From Malacoraja senta (Eukaryota), in the NCBI GenBank assembly GCA_038087875.1, contig CM075980.1:14880001-14944000 (forward strand): a stretch of 64,000 nt of DNA. Reading direction: 5' to 3'. Below the pieces are notes generated by a model. It saw only the letters and a list, made by a program, of their open reading frames with translations, was not told where the DNA came from and ran no database searches. This document shows positions 52,010 to 64,000 of the stretch, piece by piece. Position numbers and translations under genes: made by a program. The first letter of the stretch is position 1, and each line of letters begins with the position of its first letter.

Positions 52010-55000
52010 CTCCACAATTTGAGATTTGTAATAGAAAAAAAAAACACATGTGATTAAAGTACACATTGTCAGATTTTATGAAAGTGCATTTTTATACATT
52101 TTGGTTTCACCATGTAGAAATTACAGCAGTTTTTATACATAGCACCCCCATTTCAGGGCACCTGAATGTTTGGGACACAGCAATGTAATGTAAATGAAAG
52201 TAGTCATGTTTAGTATTTTGTTGCATATCCTTTGCATGCAATGACTGCTTGAAGTCTGCGATTCATGGACATCACCAGTTGCTGGGTGTCTTCTCTGGTG
52301 ATACTTTGCCAGGCCTCTATTGCGGCCATCTTTAACATATGCTTGTATTGGGGGCTAGTCCCCTTCAGCATTTAAAATGCATGCTCAATTGGGTTCAGAT
52401 TGGGTGATTGACTTGGCCACTGATGAATTGACCATTTTTTAGCTTTGAAAAACTTACTTGTTGCTTTAGCAGTATGTTTGGGGTCATTGTCTTGCTGTAG
52501 GATGAAGCATTTGTTTCAACTTGAGCAGATAGGATGTGTCTATACACTTCAGAGTTCATTGTGCTGCTACCATCAGCAGTTGTATCATCAATGAGCCAGT
52601 ACCTTCAGCAGCCATACATGCCCAGGCCATAACACCCCCACCACCGTGTTTCACAGATGAGGTGGTATGCTTTGGATCTTGAGCAGTTCCTTCTCTCCTC
52701 CATACTTTGCTCTTGCCATCACTGATATAAGTAAATCTCCGTCTCCTCTCTCCACAAGACCTTTTTCCACAACTGTGGTTGCTCTTTTAAGTACTTCCTG
52801 GCAAGCTGTAAACTGGCCATCCTAACCAGTGGTTTGCATCTTGCAGTGTAGCCTCTGTATTTCCGTTCATGAAGTCTTCTGCGGACAGTGGTCATTGACA
52901 AATCCACACCTGGCTCCTGAAGGGTGTTTCTGATCTGTCGGACTGATGTTTGGGGATTTTTCTTTATTATAGAGAGAATTCTTCTGTCATCAGCTATGGA
53001 GGTCTTCCTTGGCCTGCCAGTCCCTTTGTGATTTGTAAGTTCACCAGTGCTCTCTTTCTTCTTAATGATGTTCCAACCAGTTGATTTTGGTAAGCCTAAG
53101 GTTGGGTTGATGTCTCTAACAGTTTTATTCTTGTTTCTCAGTCTCATAATGGCTTCTTTGACGTTCATTGGCACAACTTTGGTCCTCATGTTGATAAACA
53201 GCAATAAAAGTTTCCAAAGGTGATGGAAAGACCGGAGGAAAGACTAGGTGCTGAGAGATCTCTTATACCTGCATCAAGGAGGCAATTAAACACACCTGAG
53301 CAATTACAAACACCTGTGAAGCCATGTGTCCCAAACATTATGGTGCCGTGAAATGGGGGGGGGGGGGGACTATGTATCAACACAGCTGCAATTTCTACAT
53401 GGTGAAACTAAAATGTATAAAAATACCCTTTAATAAAATCTGACAATGTGCACTTTAACCACATGTGATTTTTTTCTATTACAAATCTCAAATTGTGGAG
53501 TACAGAGGCAAATAAATAAATGATGGGTCTTTGTCCCAAACATTATGGAGGGCACTGTAATTAAAGGGGAATGAATGGGCCTATGAGAGAGATGATGCTG
53601 CAGGGTCACAGGGCATAAAGACAGGGGATTGGAACTGATGGGATTGCTCTTCTGGGATCCTTAATGGAACCGAGAGACCGAATAGCCTGCTCCTGACTTG
53701 TAATATGTTGCAAATACAATTCTTGATCTTTTTGAACAATGTATTTAACTGCTTCAATGGCAGTGTGTCTATTTTGTCTATATTAAGTTGCCAATATTAA
53801 GTTGTTGGGGCATATCACAGATCTCTGGGATGGCACTTTCTCAAGCAGGAAAGGCAGTGAGGCAGAATCTACCTTAACTGTTAATGATATGTTTCTACTG
53901 ATAATCTTTAGCTTTAACCTAGTAATAGATTTTATTGTAAAAGAGGATTCGGGTAAACATTTGCTTCTCTACTTAACGCCTACTTTTGAAGTTGTGCATG
54001 ATCTTGCCCTATTTACGTAATATGAGTACCTTTGCATTGCTTGGTGACTCTGGCTTTGATTGAGAGCTCACAAGAACAATTGGCCGGTAATAGAAATATC
54101 CCTTGGTACACTAAGGACTCTTCTGTAAATGGGCTGTAGGAAAGTATCCTTATTCAGCAATCAAGATAATTCTGTACCAGATTTAGAGTTGTTCAGTCAG
54201 GCTATGGAATGAGTTTTTGTCTGTGGTTAATGTATTCAGTCCTTAGGTAATGCAGAAAGATCTTTACTCTGCATCCGACGTGTTGTACCTGATCTATCCA
54301 GGTCAACAATGAAAAGGTAAAACCATAAAAACATTTTCTGGAATAATAGGAAGCAAAGTGAAAACTAAAATTAATGATCAGTCAGTGCAGTCAAACAGCA
54401 ATGTGTTTGTGGAACATGGTATTTAACTCAGCCGTGCAGATGCATCATGTCAGGAACAGCTGTCTACCAAGCACGTGCAATAAATGGCATAATTATAAAC
54501 CTATTTAACACTCTCATATACACAGATTTGTGTGCATAATAACAGGCAGATGTTGGGTTCCGTTGAATATAATCCATTGATGTGCATTGTACAGTAAAAC
54601 ATCTATCTATCTTGCTTTTGTTTTAATTTAGTCGCAGCACATAAAACTGTTATTTATCCACAACAGGTCTTTGATTTTGCATTTTCTTTCTGCATTTTTA
54701 CAGAAAATGTTTTGCTTTCTTGGTGTTGAGAGATGTTATTTATTTATTCCTGTCTTCTTATTTTTTATGCATTTTAAACGTAAAGGTCAGGCACAATACG
54801 AGTTAAATACAGAGTAATGATGCTTATACACATTCTGTGGTTTGATCAATCCCTGCAAGATACCATGTTATTTTGCATATTTTGTATTGATAAATTTCAA
54901 ATAAAGGTTCCATTCTCCTGATAGAAAACATAATATTATCCCTAAGATGGTTAACAATCCTTAATTGTTTTGACCTGTTTGATAATATCAATGTCAGCCC

Positions 55001-57197
55001 TCACATGTTAGATCATGCACAATCACACAGTGGTGTTTCATTGCCATGGTAATAAAGTACTCTAGGAAGGTTGACTATTTTGATGTGCACTGTCAGATCT
55101 ATGTGATGCCATTTAAAATATTAAATAAACAATTTAATTTTAACAGAGCTTCTTCATTACTGTGAGTAGATCAGTGCAACAACACCCTATAAAGTGAGAT
55201 CTAATCAAACAAAGGATTTGTCATGTTATTTTCCATTTAGGATGCCTGGATTATTTATAAAAGGCGTAGGCTGGTAAGAACACTGCTATCAAACTATAGC
55301 ATCGACCCAGTCTCCCATGCTATAGTTGAAACTTGGGGTGTATTGTGGGGTCGTCATGATTAGTTTTATTAACATATAACTAGTTTTGTTTTCATTTTAC
55401 ATTGTCTTTCTGGCTCTCATTCTTTCCCCTTCAGCTAGCAACTTAGCTATCGCAAACTTAATTATTCAAGAAGAGAAATGCTTTTAAATGTTGCATATTA
55501 TTTTTAGTTTCTTTAACATTCTCTCATCCCTCTTTTAAGAAGCAAGCACAACAAATTGGGCATTTTCATTGATTTATTTTTCTCCTTTGGCGGCCATCCT
55601 GTTTAACATATTCAGCCTTGCTGCAAGATTAGCCAAAAAACAATGAAATTCAATCAATTTAAGGCGTTTAAACGCTTATGTATCAGGCCACAGGAAGCAG
55701 GGTCATACTAGCACAATCTATCTTAATTGACAGCCTTCCTGTGTGAATCTTTTTGATAGCCCACCCTGGGTTTGTATGGTTGTCCCTTGTGATCCAAAGT
55801 GCTCATACTCGAGCATTTCTGTAATGGTTATTTTTGTGAGGTATTGTTTTCTGATCCAATTTGGAAAGTACAACCTTAAAACCACTATTACATTAGAAAA
55901 TTAAAGTAGTTGCAGGTGGTGATGTTGTTTGCAAATTGGACCAGCTAGATCGGATATGAGCAACGTCTGGGACTCTGACATAATAGCTAGGCCCTTGGGA
56001 ATAAAACTACATTGCACCATCCATTTTCATTTGTATTCAGATCTATCTTTATTCTTTGTTCTTTTCTGCCAATTTTCCTCTGCTTCATCCTCACCTGATA
56101 ATCTTGACAGCTTGCTGGAGTAGTCATGATAATTGCTGACACTTAAAACTTCTGGTAATCTCCAATATTTTTGAAAATTGCAAACTAACATTTCCATGTT
56201 GGCCACAACTATTTAAAAATGCCCACAACATCCAGAAATCCCTGTGTCTATCAATTCACCACCTTGAGACCACAAAACAATAAATAATAAGATCAGATGT
56301 GTTCCTTCAAAGACACGGAACATTGAAGCCAGGTTTGCTACACTCAGCTCAAGTTCAGGCCATTGAATTCTGTGCAGAGCAAGGTTGCCATTTCTTTAAA
56401 CTCCTGCTCACTCGCACCTAGAATTTTACGTTATCAATAAAAATAGTGATTGAAATGAATTGTAGAAGGATGGTGGCATTAAATTCTTTGAAGGATGATG
56501 AGAGAAGTGATCTGAAAATGCAAGACTAAATTGCAATGTTGCATTGTACATGATCTGTTGAAAAGCTGACCTGCAGAGAATTGAATTCTAAGCCTATCTT
56601 TGTCTTGCCAAGATGTGATTTTTTTTTTACAGTATATGGGTAGAAATTTTGTTTTAAATTGAAATGGTTTTCCATGAATTGTGTTTTTGTTTTCAGATGC
56701 TGAAATTGTTTAAAAGGCATAGTGAAATAAAACAACAGTGGGTTTGATTAGCTTAAACAGTGAGTCTGAATGAGTTCCAAGGTTTTTAATCATCAAAGTA
56801 TCACTGGATCTCCAATTTAATTTATTCACACATTATTTTTATGGCTCTTCCTTGAAACTAATGTCTTAATTTTTTTTCATTTCTTTGAATTCCTTATTAA
56901 GCTTAGAAAGGTTCATTTAAAAAAATGTTTTATTGATTTTTAGAGGCAAGATGTTGATGTTTTCAGAAATGCATCAGTAGAAAATCAGGCAAATCGTTAT
57001 TGCCAAAGCCCTAACAAGAGAACGTGTCCAATTCTAAACATAGCATTTAAAAAAGTATGTTGAGACATTAGAAAGAGTTCAGAGGAATTATGCCAGGGAA
57101 TCAGGGAGCTATGTAGAGGTTAAAGGGAGATTGATGAGAAGTTTTCCAAAAATTCTCAAGAATTTTGATTAAAAGAAGAAATGTTTCCACTGGTTTG

Positions 57198-57610
57198 GGA
57201 ATACAATCACAATAATACTTTAATAGCCAAGTATGTTTTGCAACATATGAGGAATTTCATTTGCCAAGTCAGTCATACAAATAAAAAGCAGCGGAACACA
57301 CTAAATACATTTTACCATAAAAATCCACCACAGTGACTCCTCATTCCTCATTGTGATGGAAGGCGGAAAAAAAAGTTCAGATCTCTTCCCTTCTTTGCTC
57401 TCCTGCGGTCAGGTGCCTTGAGCCCTCCATTGACGGGACGATCTTGACTCCGCACTGGCGATCGAACCCCATGTCGGGACTGGTCGAGCCTCTGTTTCGT
57501 TGGAGCTCTCGACTAGCCTCTCCAGAGACTGCAAGCTCACGCTGGTAAAGTCTAAAAGCCGTGGTTGGAGCGATCCCAGGCAAGGGATCAACTCCGATGT
57601 TAAGTCCCTG
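57198..57610 (-). mobile_element. Retroposon 3' fragment (LINE-UTR-like with GC-rich part)
   Basis: minus strand ends gaaattcctc...ctattaaagtattattg; layout like 19445-19812. Confidence 0.45.
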
Positions 57611-57904
57611 CAGTTAATGTGTTAATGTGTCCACCCCCCAAATACCATTCCTCACCTCCCACAATAAATGACTACCCCAGACCTCGACTGCTTTCTGTAA
57701 TGAAACCAGTCAGCATATCCTTTCCGCTGCTTGTCCCCTGACCACTTTCACTGACCTCATTCAGTAGCCTTTAAAGTATGAAGTGTTGTACAAAAGACCT
57801 GAGGCATTTTGTGAATGTTGTGATTTGTGTGATTTGAACCTTTTGTTCTGCTTGGTTGTTTGATAAGGCTTTATTAAAAGCTCAACCCTGCTATCTTCCC
57901 TCTA

Positions 57905-58050
57905 ACCTGGTTGCCACACTATAGGAAGGAAGTAATTAAGCTAGAGAGGGTGCAGAGAAGAATCACAGGAAAGTTGTCTGCACTGGAATGCTTGAGTTAT
58001 GAAGAGGGATTGGATAGGCTGGAACTATTTTCCCAGGACTAAAGGAGGTT
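57905..58050 (+). mobile_element. CR1 fragment
   Basis: PHYRKEVIKLERVQRR...LSYEEGLDRLELFS. Confidence 0.7.
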
Positions 58051-59792
58051 GACCAAGGGAGGTGCTATATTTTGGTTTCTTCAACAGAATATCATGTTTA
58101 ATATTGAAACTGACAGACTGTATCCAAAGGTGTTGTTCCCATTTACATTGTTTGCAAACTCCTTAAATTTTTTCAACTAAATTGGTTAGCCCACCACGGT
58201 TGCATTGGATGTTACCTGGTTTCTCCCTCTTAAGTAATGAAATGATTCTAATCTAGAGCCACAATTCCCCAAAAAGCTGAAGAATTTTGGAAAGTTAGGA
58301 CTGTTTAATCAGCAATACGTTTGTATATTTATTTCAATATTATTATGTCAAAGCAACATCTTAAAATTGGCCTATCTTAATTTTTCATTTGTCTAAACTT
58401 CAGCTAATAATAAACTGTCTAAGTGTTCTCCACTACTGGCTTTTAGTTTCTTGGCATTGTGTGCATTTTGTTCTTATGCTCCATTGTGAAAATGGAATAC
58501 ATTTAATGAGCTTTACATTTTTTTTCCTATGTACTCTCACAAACTTCGTTCTTCAGTGAACCCACATTTTTATTGCTTTCACAGTATATTTGCAGATTAT
58601 TTTAACTTTTTAACTTTTACAGTCAACATTTCAATGTTTTCCTCATATACCATTTCTCATTACGTAGTTGTTCTGATCAACTGGATTCCCACATGTCCAT
58701 ACACCTCTCTCTTGTTGACTGTGGTTACTCAGCTTTGTAATTGGAGCATTGCCCTCTTTTCAATTTATACTGATTTTGTTTTGGAGTAATTGCATTCACA
58801 TTTTTACACCCCCCATTATGTTTAGGTTCATCCATTAACATTTTTGCACTACTATTCCTCATTTATATCTAGTTCCTTTGAAATGTGTCTCATGTATCTT
58901 TGGATTATAAGAATCTCTTCACTCTTTCAAACCTAATAACAAATTCAATCACATTACATTCACATGTTGGAACCTAACAGTTGTGCCTATCTTCTAGATC
59001 AAATGTATCTGATTAACAGTGAATGACCAATTATAGAAAATAAATTACTAATTCAGTGACTTGACTTAATTTTCCAGCAAAGGCTGGAAATTTTTGCATA
59101 TATGATTTGGGGTCATGCCATACGTTATAAGACAAGTTTTGAGATTACTTTGAAGATATGGAAATAGTAAACTAATTTGAAACAATATATTTGATAATCA
59201 TTTTGCGAGTTAGAAAACCTTAATGATATGTTTTGGTTTTCAGACTAATCAGTTTTCTTCTCATGTGATGTCCCAGTAGACACAGAATCGGGAGAACAGT
59301 ACGACATTCTTACAACTGTTGTCCAATTTAACCGGATGACTTTTCTCCTGCGCACCCTTTCAGTTTGTTAGAGTTTTCTGTTGCGCTGGTTTTACCATGA
59401 TGGCCTGCCTACATGTGATTTGGATAGACCAGGCCACTATTGACAACTGACTCCTTTTCTTCACCACATCCATAACAGCAACACAGTTATAGCACCAGGC
59501 CAGGCTTCAGCATCATTATTACCACAATGTCTAAGTTTTGACTTAAAGTAGAACACAGATGCTGTCCATCTAAAATTCCTCTTTTTATGTTTGTTAATGT
59601 GTGGCCTCGTATAATTTGTTAAGTAGCCTCTAAGGCGATTTCTCCCATACCCAGAATGTCTTCCCCTTGGATAGTAAGTAGTAATAGGATGCTTTAATTA
59701 AGCAACCCGCTACAAAACCCAATGTCAAAATTAAGTAAATACTTTGACGTTCATTTCTGAATTTAACTCTTCTTTTCTGTTTTATAATCTAG

Positions 59793-59906
59793 CAAAGCCT
59801 GCTGACAATGGAGCAGATAGTTTCAGTGGAAGAGACTCAGATTAAAGATAAAAAATGTATCCTGCTGCGGTTTAAGGGAGGAAAGCAATTTGTATTGCAG
59901 TGTGAG
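59793..59906 (+). CDS. GRK3: GRK3 exon 20: [38 protein letters not shown]
   Basis: atctag acceptor, gtaagt donor, 114 nt. Confidence 0.96.
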
Positions 59907-60935
59907 GTAAGTGCTTCTGTGGGTCAGGGAGGTCTAGAGATGAGTGGTGTGCCTCACCATTTTAACAATACTAAAAATAGAAAAGCTTTGTTGCTGTACT
60001 GTGACTTACAGGAGTGGGTTTGATTCAGTATATTACATAAAGAAATTGATTAGACAGTTTTTGAAACTATTTGAGTTGGAGAAAGTTAATCATTGTATAT
60101 TGTTCAGTGCAATAATTGATTGAAAATCTAAACAAGAACAGCTTATATGTGGAATAAACTGATTGTTTACTTTACGGCACCAGATGTGAATCCAGTTCAG
60201 ACTAATGAGATGAAAGTTCGATGAAGACATGAGCTGATTAGTTGATCTCAATTCAGTTCCAAGAACTCTTTGCCATCTTGATTCAGAGAAGCTGCACGGA
60301 TGGGTGATGCACAGAATATGTTCCCTCTCATTATTGTTGAGAAGGAAATTTACTCTCCATAGATATAAAGTAACTTTATTTCATGGGGAACAGAATTAGA
60401 ATATGTTAAAATGCTTCTTTGCCTGACCAAAGCAAAAATTCATAATGCTTGTGTTTCAGGCACCTGATACAATATTCACTATGCGTTTTTGTGGTGGATA
60501 ACTACAGTTAAAATATCCCTGGTCCTTCTGAAGAAAATGTTGCTCAGGGTTTAGTCCCTGCAGGTTTCTAAAAATGTTCATTAACAATGTTTATCTGCAA
60601 ACTTCATCTGAGGACAGGACAAAGCCGGGCTAAATACCTCTCATAATTAAATATCTTGCCACAAATTTAGGAAGATGCAAGAAAGCTGTTAGTGATTGTT
60701 GTAATTTTCTATGTCCTATGAATGGAGGGATATGGATCACATACAGGCAGACAAGATTAGTTTAATTTCGCATAATTATCATCATGGACATTGTGGGCTT
60801 AAGGGCCTGTTGCTGTGTTGGACTATATTCTATGTTCAACAACTACCACCGGGAGGAAGACAGTGGAGAAAGTTAGGAAACGTAACTAAAGATTTAAACT
60901 GATGTCCTTGCACTTCCTTTTTGTTGTTTTTCCAG

Positions 60936-61097
60936 AGTGATCCAGAGTTTATCCAATGGAAGAAAGAATTAACGGAAGCTTTCAACGAAGCTCAGAGGGT
61001 GCTGCGGAGAGCCCCTAAGGTGCTGAACAAGTCACGTTCAGCAGTGGTAGAGCTGACCAAACCCCCTCTCAGCCACAGGAACAGCAACGGGCTTTAG
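60936..61097 (+). CDS. GRK3: GRK3 terminal exon 21, coding part: [53 protein letters not shown]
   Basis: tttccag acceptor; TAG at 61095-61097 followed by a second TAG; C-terminus HRNSNGL is GRK3-type. Confidence 0.97.
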   Translation, partial: SDPEFIQWKKELTEAFNEAQRVLRRAPKVLNKSRSAVVELTKPPLSHRNSNGL

Positions 61098-62550
61098 TAG
61101 AGAGCACTTGTGTGTGAGTGGGGGAAGAGAAACAAGAGACCAGAGGATGGTTTTGTGCAACTACTTCTATATCGCCTCGTACGTGGTCCAGCGTGTTGTT
61201 ATTAGTTAATTATATGATCCCACAAAACAGGGTATATATATATGTATAGATATGTATATCTATATCTATATATATGCATACGTGTATGTATATATGAATG
61301 TAAGACTTTCAGAGCAGTTTGGCTGTTTATTTTCTATTGGAAGTATTGATGAACGAGTGTAGCACCTGTTAAATGCAACCACAGTGATCGCCGTGGTTAA
61401 TGAGCCAACTCCACAGGAAAGGACTGGAGGATGTTGCCAAATAATTTTGGAGAATTTATTTTGTCATGCGTCATTGCGCCCTGGTGGTGTTCTTTGCTTC
61501 ATATCGGAGGGTCGAAGGAACTTACATCGTACAAAGCAAGTGGCTGACTGGACCCGTGTTTCAGTCACTGATTCACTCAACTTTATTTTGCTCCTGGACT
61601 CCAACATATCACAAAAGACATGGACACATATCGGTGGCCCATCCATCGACATGGTTTTCCTGCTATCAAAATGTCAATTGGTGATATATTCTGTCACCAT
61701 TGCACTATGTGCCAATCGTCATCTGTCCTGGGTTTATCTCAGTGTTTCAGACTCAGTGTCTTGCCACATATATCTACCAGCTACTTCTTTTCATATGTAC
61801 CCAATTGTACCCAAGTGATTGTAGACATCAATTGGACGATGGATTGTTTTATCTCCATGGTAACCAGGTGCCAATTCATTTCTTGGTTTCTGGAGCAGTA
61901 ACATTTGATCCTTGTTACACAGACTGTGAAAAACAATGGTGCGTTGGTGCTTAATTCCCTCCACCCTGTCTCATATCCCTGCTGATTGCAATGTTTCTAT
62001 GAAAGACGAGAAAATGATTGCGACCATACTGGATTACCAGGTTTCCAATGTGTTAATATCGCTATCTCTCAGCAGTTGTTAACTTTTCATGGCTACTTGG
62101 ATGTTGCTTTGTGGCCTGTTTTATTGATAGGATTTCACTGGTTGCTAGATATCAATACTGTCACATTTCATTGTCAAGTTTCCATGGATAACGAATTACA
62201 GTATATGGCTCAGTGTGTTTTGCGAAGTGTCTATGGTTACAAGATATATAACTATAGTTACTGATTCATGACTCATTGTGCTTCTGTGATGTCAGGTTCC
62301 AGCCATAGACTATTCTGCTATTGTTGGCAATTTTCTGTTACTATACTTAATTGGATGCTGATGAACAGATCTAGTTTGTTCCTGGTTTCCCTGAACTTCG
62401 ATATTGGTCCAGAATTACTGGACTCCATCCGTCATTAATTACTTGTGATAGTCTGAAGGATTTTGAAATCATTGCGTTGATGGGACATTGCCCCAACCTC
62501 CAACCTGAATCCTTTACTTCAGTGCAATAAAAATATTTAGGAATTCCTGA
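61098..62550 (+). other. GRK3: GRK3 3' UTR (minimum extent) with TA-rich microsatellite at about 61233-61295 and candidate AATAAA at 62526-62531; UTR may be longer
   Basis: TE-poor sequence after the stop; hexamer seen but the cleavage site cannot be verified. Confidence 0.5.
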
Positions 62551-64000
62551 ATTCTACAGTACTTCTGATCCACATTGCACATGATTTGTTTTGTAAAGTC
62601 TTTGCCCCATTCCCACCATGAAGTGCAAAGTGCCAATGGACTTTACAAATTAAGGAAAATTTTAAACAGTGATTTAAGAGAAAGTAAAATATTTATCATA
62701 GGTATTTCTGTGCAAGTGTACATAATGTTAAAAATCTAATATACCAAGAATTTGTGATAACAATGAGAAAATCTGAAAATGGTGATTACATAGCACGAGT
62801 TGCTTTATCAACATGTCTTCGATGAACAGTGACAATGTATTATTACATCTTAATAATTGATCAGTTGCAACAAGGGTCAGCTATTAATCCGAATTTAGGG
62901 AGCAACATCAACGCTGAATTTTATTATTTTATGTTGTATTTTGATTTAGTTACAGTACCACTAAAATGTTTAAACCTCATATTTTGGCTGTAAAAAATAC
63001 AAAAGTGATGAGTATAGTATTTTCTGGTTATATTGTTTAGGACTACTACATTTAATGTGTACTGAAAAATAATAATAACAAGGACGGATTTGACTCAAAA
63101 TGTACCACAGCTATTGCCATAGCCTATTGCTGTAATAGAAGGAGAAACAAAATAGTTTGAAAGTGTGTCAGGACTGAGAGCTAAACTGATTGAGGTCATA
63201 ACAATGAGTTCAGTTCCATTTGGAATTACGTCATTGGCTTCTTCTTGGATTTGTCAGAAGGCTGTGTTATATTTGGATGCATTGTTGAACCTAAACAGGG
63301 TTTAGGTTGCCTGATTTGAGTTAAGCTAATTGTTCGGTTGATTCTGAGGCCTACAACATGAAAGGAAGTTTTGGAAATATTTTCCGCCCTTCAGAAACTT
63401 AATGCCCCATTTAATGGGTTGTTTCTCTTCCTACTATCCTGTTTCTTCTTTTCTACACCCTGCTATATCCCTTGAAAGGAAATTTAAACATGCTTGCTCC
63501 ATTTCACAGTGCCTCTGGAAATGTTCGTACCCAATTATTCAGACAGGTGATTAATTAATTTTCTCAGTATGAAAATACCTTAAGACTTTTTATGTAATAT
63601 CATGTTTGAACCTCATAAAGAAGATATTGGTGCAAATAATTTGTTTCTTAAAGAGAGATACACACTGGGTCTCCTTACGAGAAAGTACAGTACTATATGT
63701 AAATACAAAATTATGTTCACTGATTCAAGCTATTATTGTTCCCGCATTTTATTTTGTCGCAGAAGCTATAAATAATAATGCACTTTGATCTTTTTAGTTT
63801 TATTTTAGGTTCAAAAATTATTTATGTATTCTGGATATTGACCGTTATCAGAGGATGTGGGATTGATGCAGGAAAGTGGTTGAATTAAAGAAAGATCAAA
63901 CATATGGAGTGTGTGAAAATGTCCCATCTTCCCTGTCTACCTACCTTCCTCAGGGCTCTACCCAAGGAATGCGTAGCAAACGTCAAAAATTTATCCCACT

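Larger units (their letters stand above)
47732..53557 (-). mobile_element. Tc1 family 2, copy C, interrupted in its 3' TIR by an LTR element
   Basis: TA at 47730-47731 and 53558-53559; TIR continues across the CTCCA duplication; ORF 52719-53204(-). Confidence 0.96.

Noticed and set aside
1043-60935. U12-type or non-canonical introns
   Set aside because: All 13 donors are ordinary GT types without GTATCCT and all acceptors are AG.
60931-60945. Second CAG acceptor in the repeated CCAGAGT of exon 21
   Set aside because: It is 10 nt downstream, so out of frame, and has no pyrimidine tract of its own.
951-61097. Calling the gene GRK2/ADRBK1
   Set aside because: Diagnostic residues (CMTY, DKLCF, FSEKEM, KGTAY, C-terminal HRNSNGL) match GRK3.
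61384-62264. Overlapping ORFs after the stop codon
   Set aside because: No recognisable motifs; consistent with chance ORFs in a 3' UTR.

Overview
Eukaryotic (vertebrate) DNA. The repeat content (V-SINE/HE1-like SINEs, CR1, Rex-Babar and Penelope-like elements) suggests a cartilaginous fish such as a skate or ray. The window holds the last 14 coding exons of GRK3/ADRBK2 (exons 8-21 by human numbering) on the + strand. They give 1512 coding nt = 503 aa plus stop, covering the kinase domain, the RH C-terminal segment and the PH domain. All introns are GT-AG with matching phases, and a 3' UTR follows. The introns are full of mobile DNA: four Tc1 (DD34E) copies from two families, a Mag-like Gypsy LTR element nested in a Tc1 TIR, many Penelope-like elements (PLEs), Rex-Babar and CR1 fragments, SINEs and a Harbinger-like element. 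Most notable: (1) a TIR element in intron 11 carrying what looks like a captured TDP2 exon 1 with its splice donor; (2) a set of palindromic PLE insertions with 14-18 bp TSDs, a fixed asymmetric end and hammerhead-ribozyme-like cores, plus a 43-bp insertion that is almost only the core; (3) apparent gene conversion between two inverted Tc1 copies 21 kb apart; (4) a degenerate minisatellite whose unit resembles the exon-16 splice acceptor; (5) a 283-nt AG-free zone before exon 18; (6) a 1.7-kb tandem duplication that breaks inside a palindrome. Homology calls are by recognition only; no searches were run.
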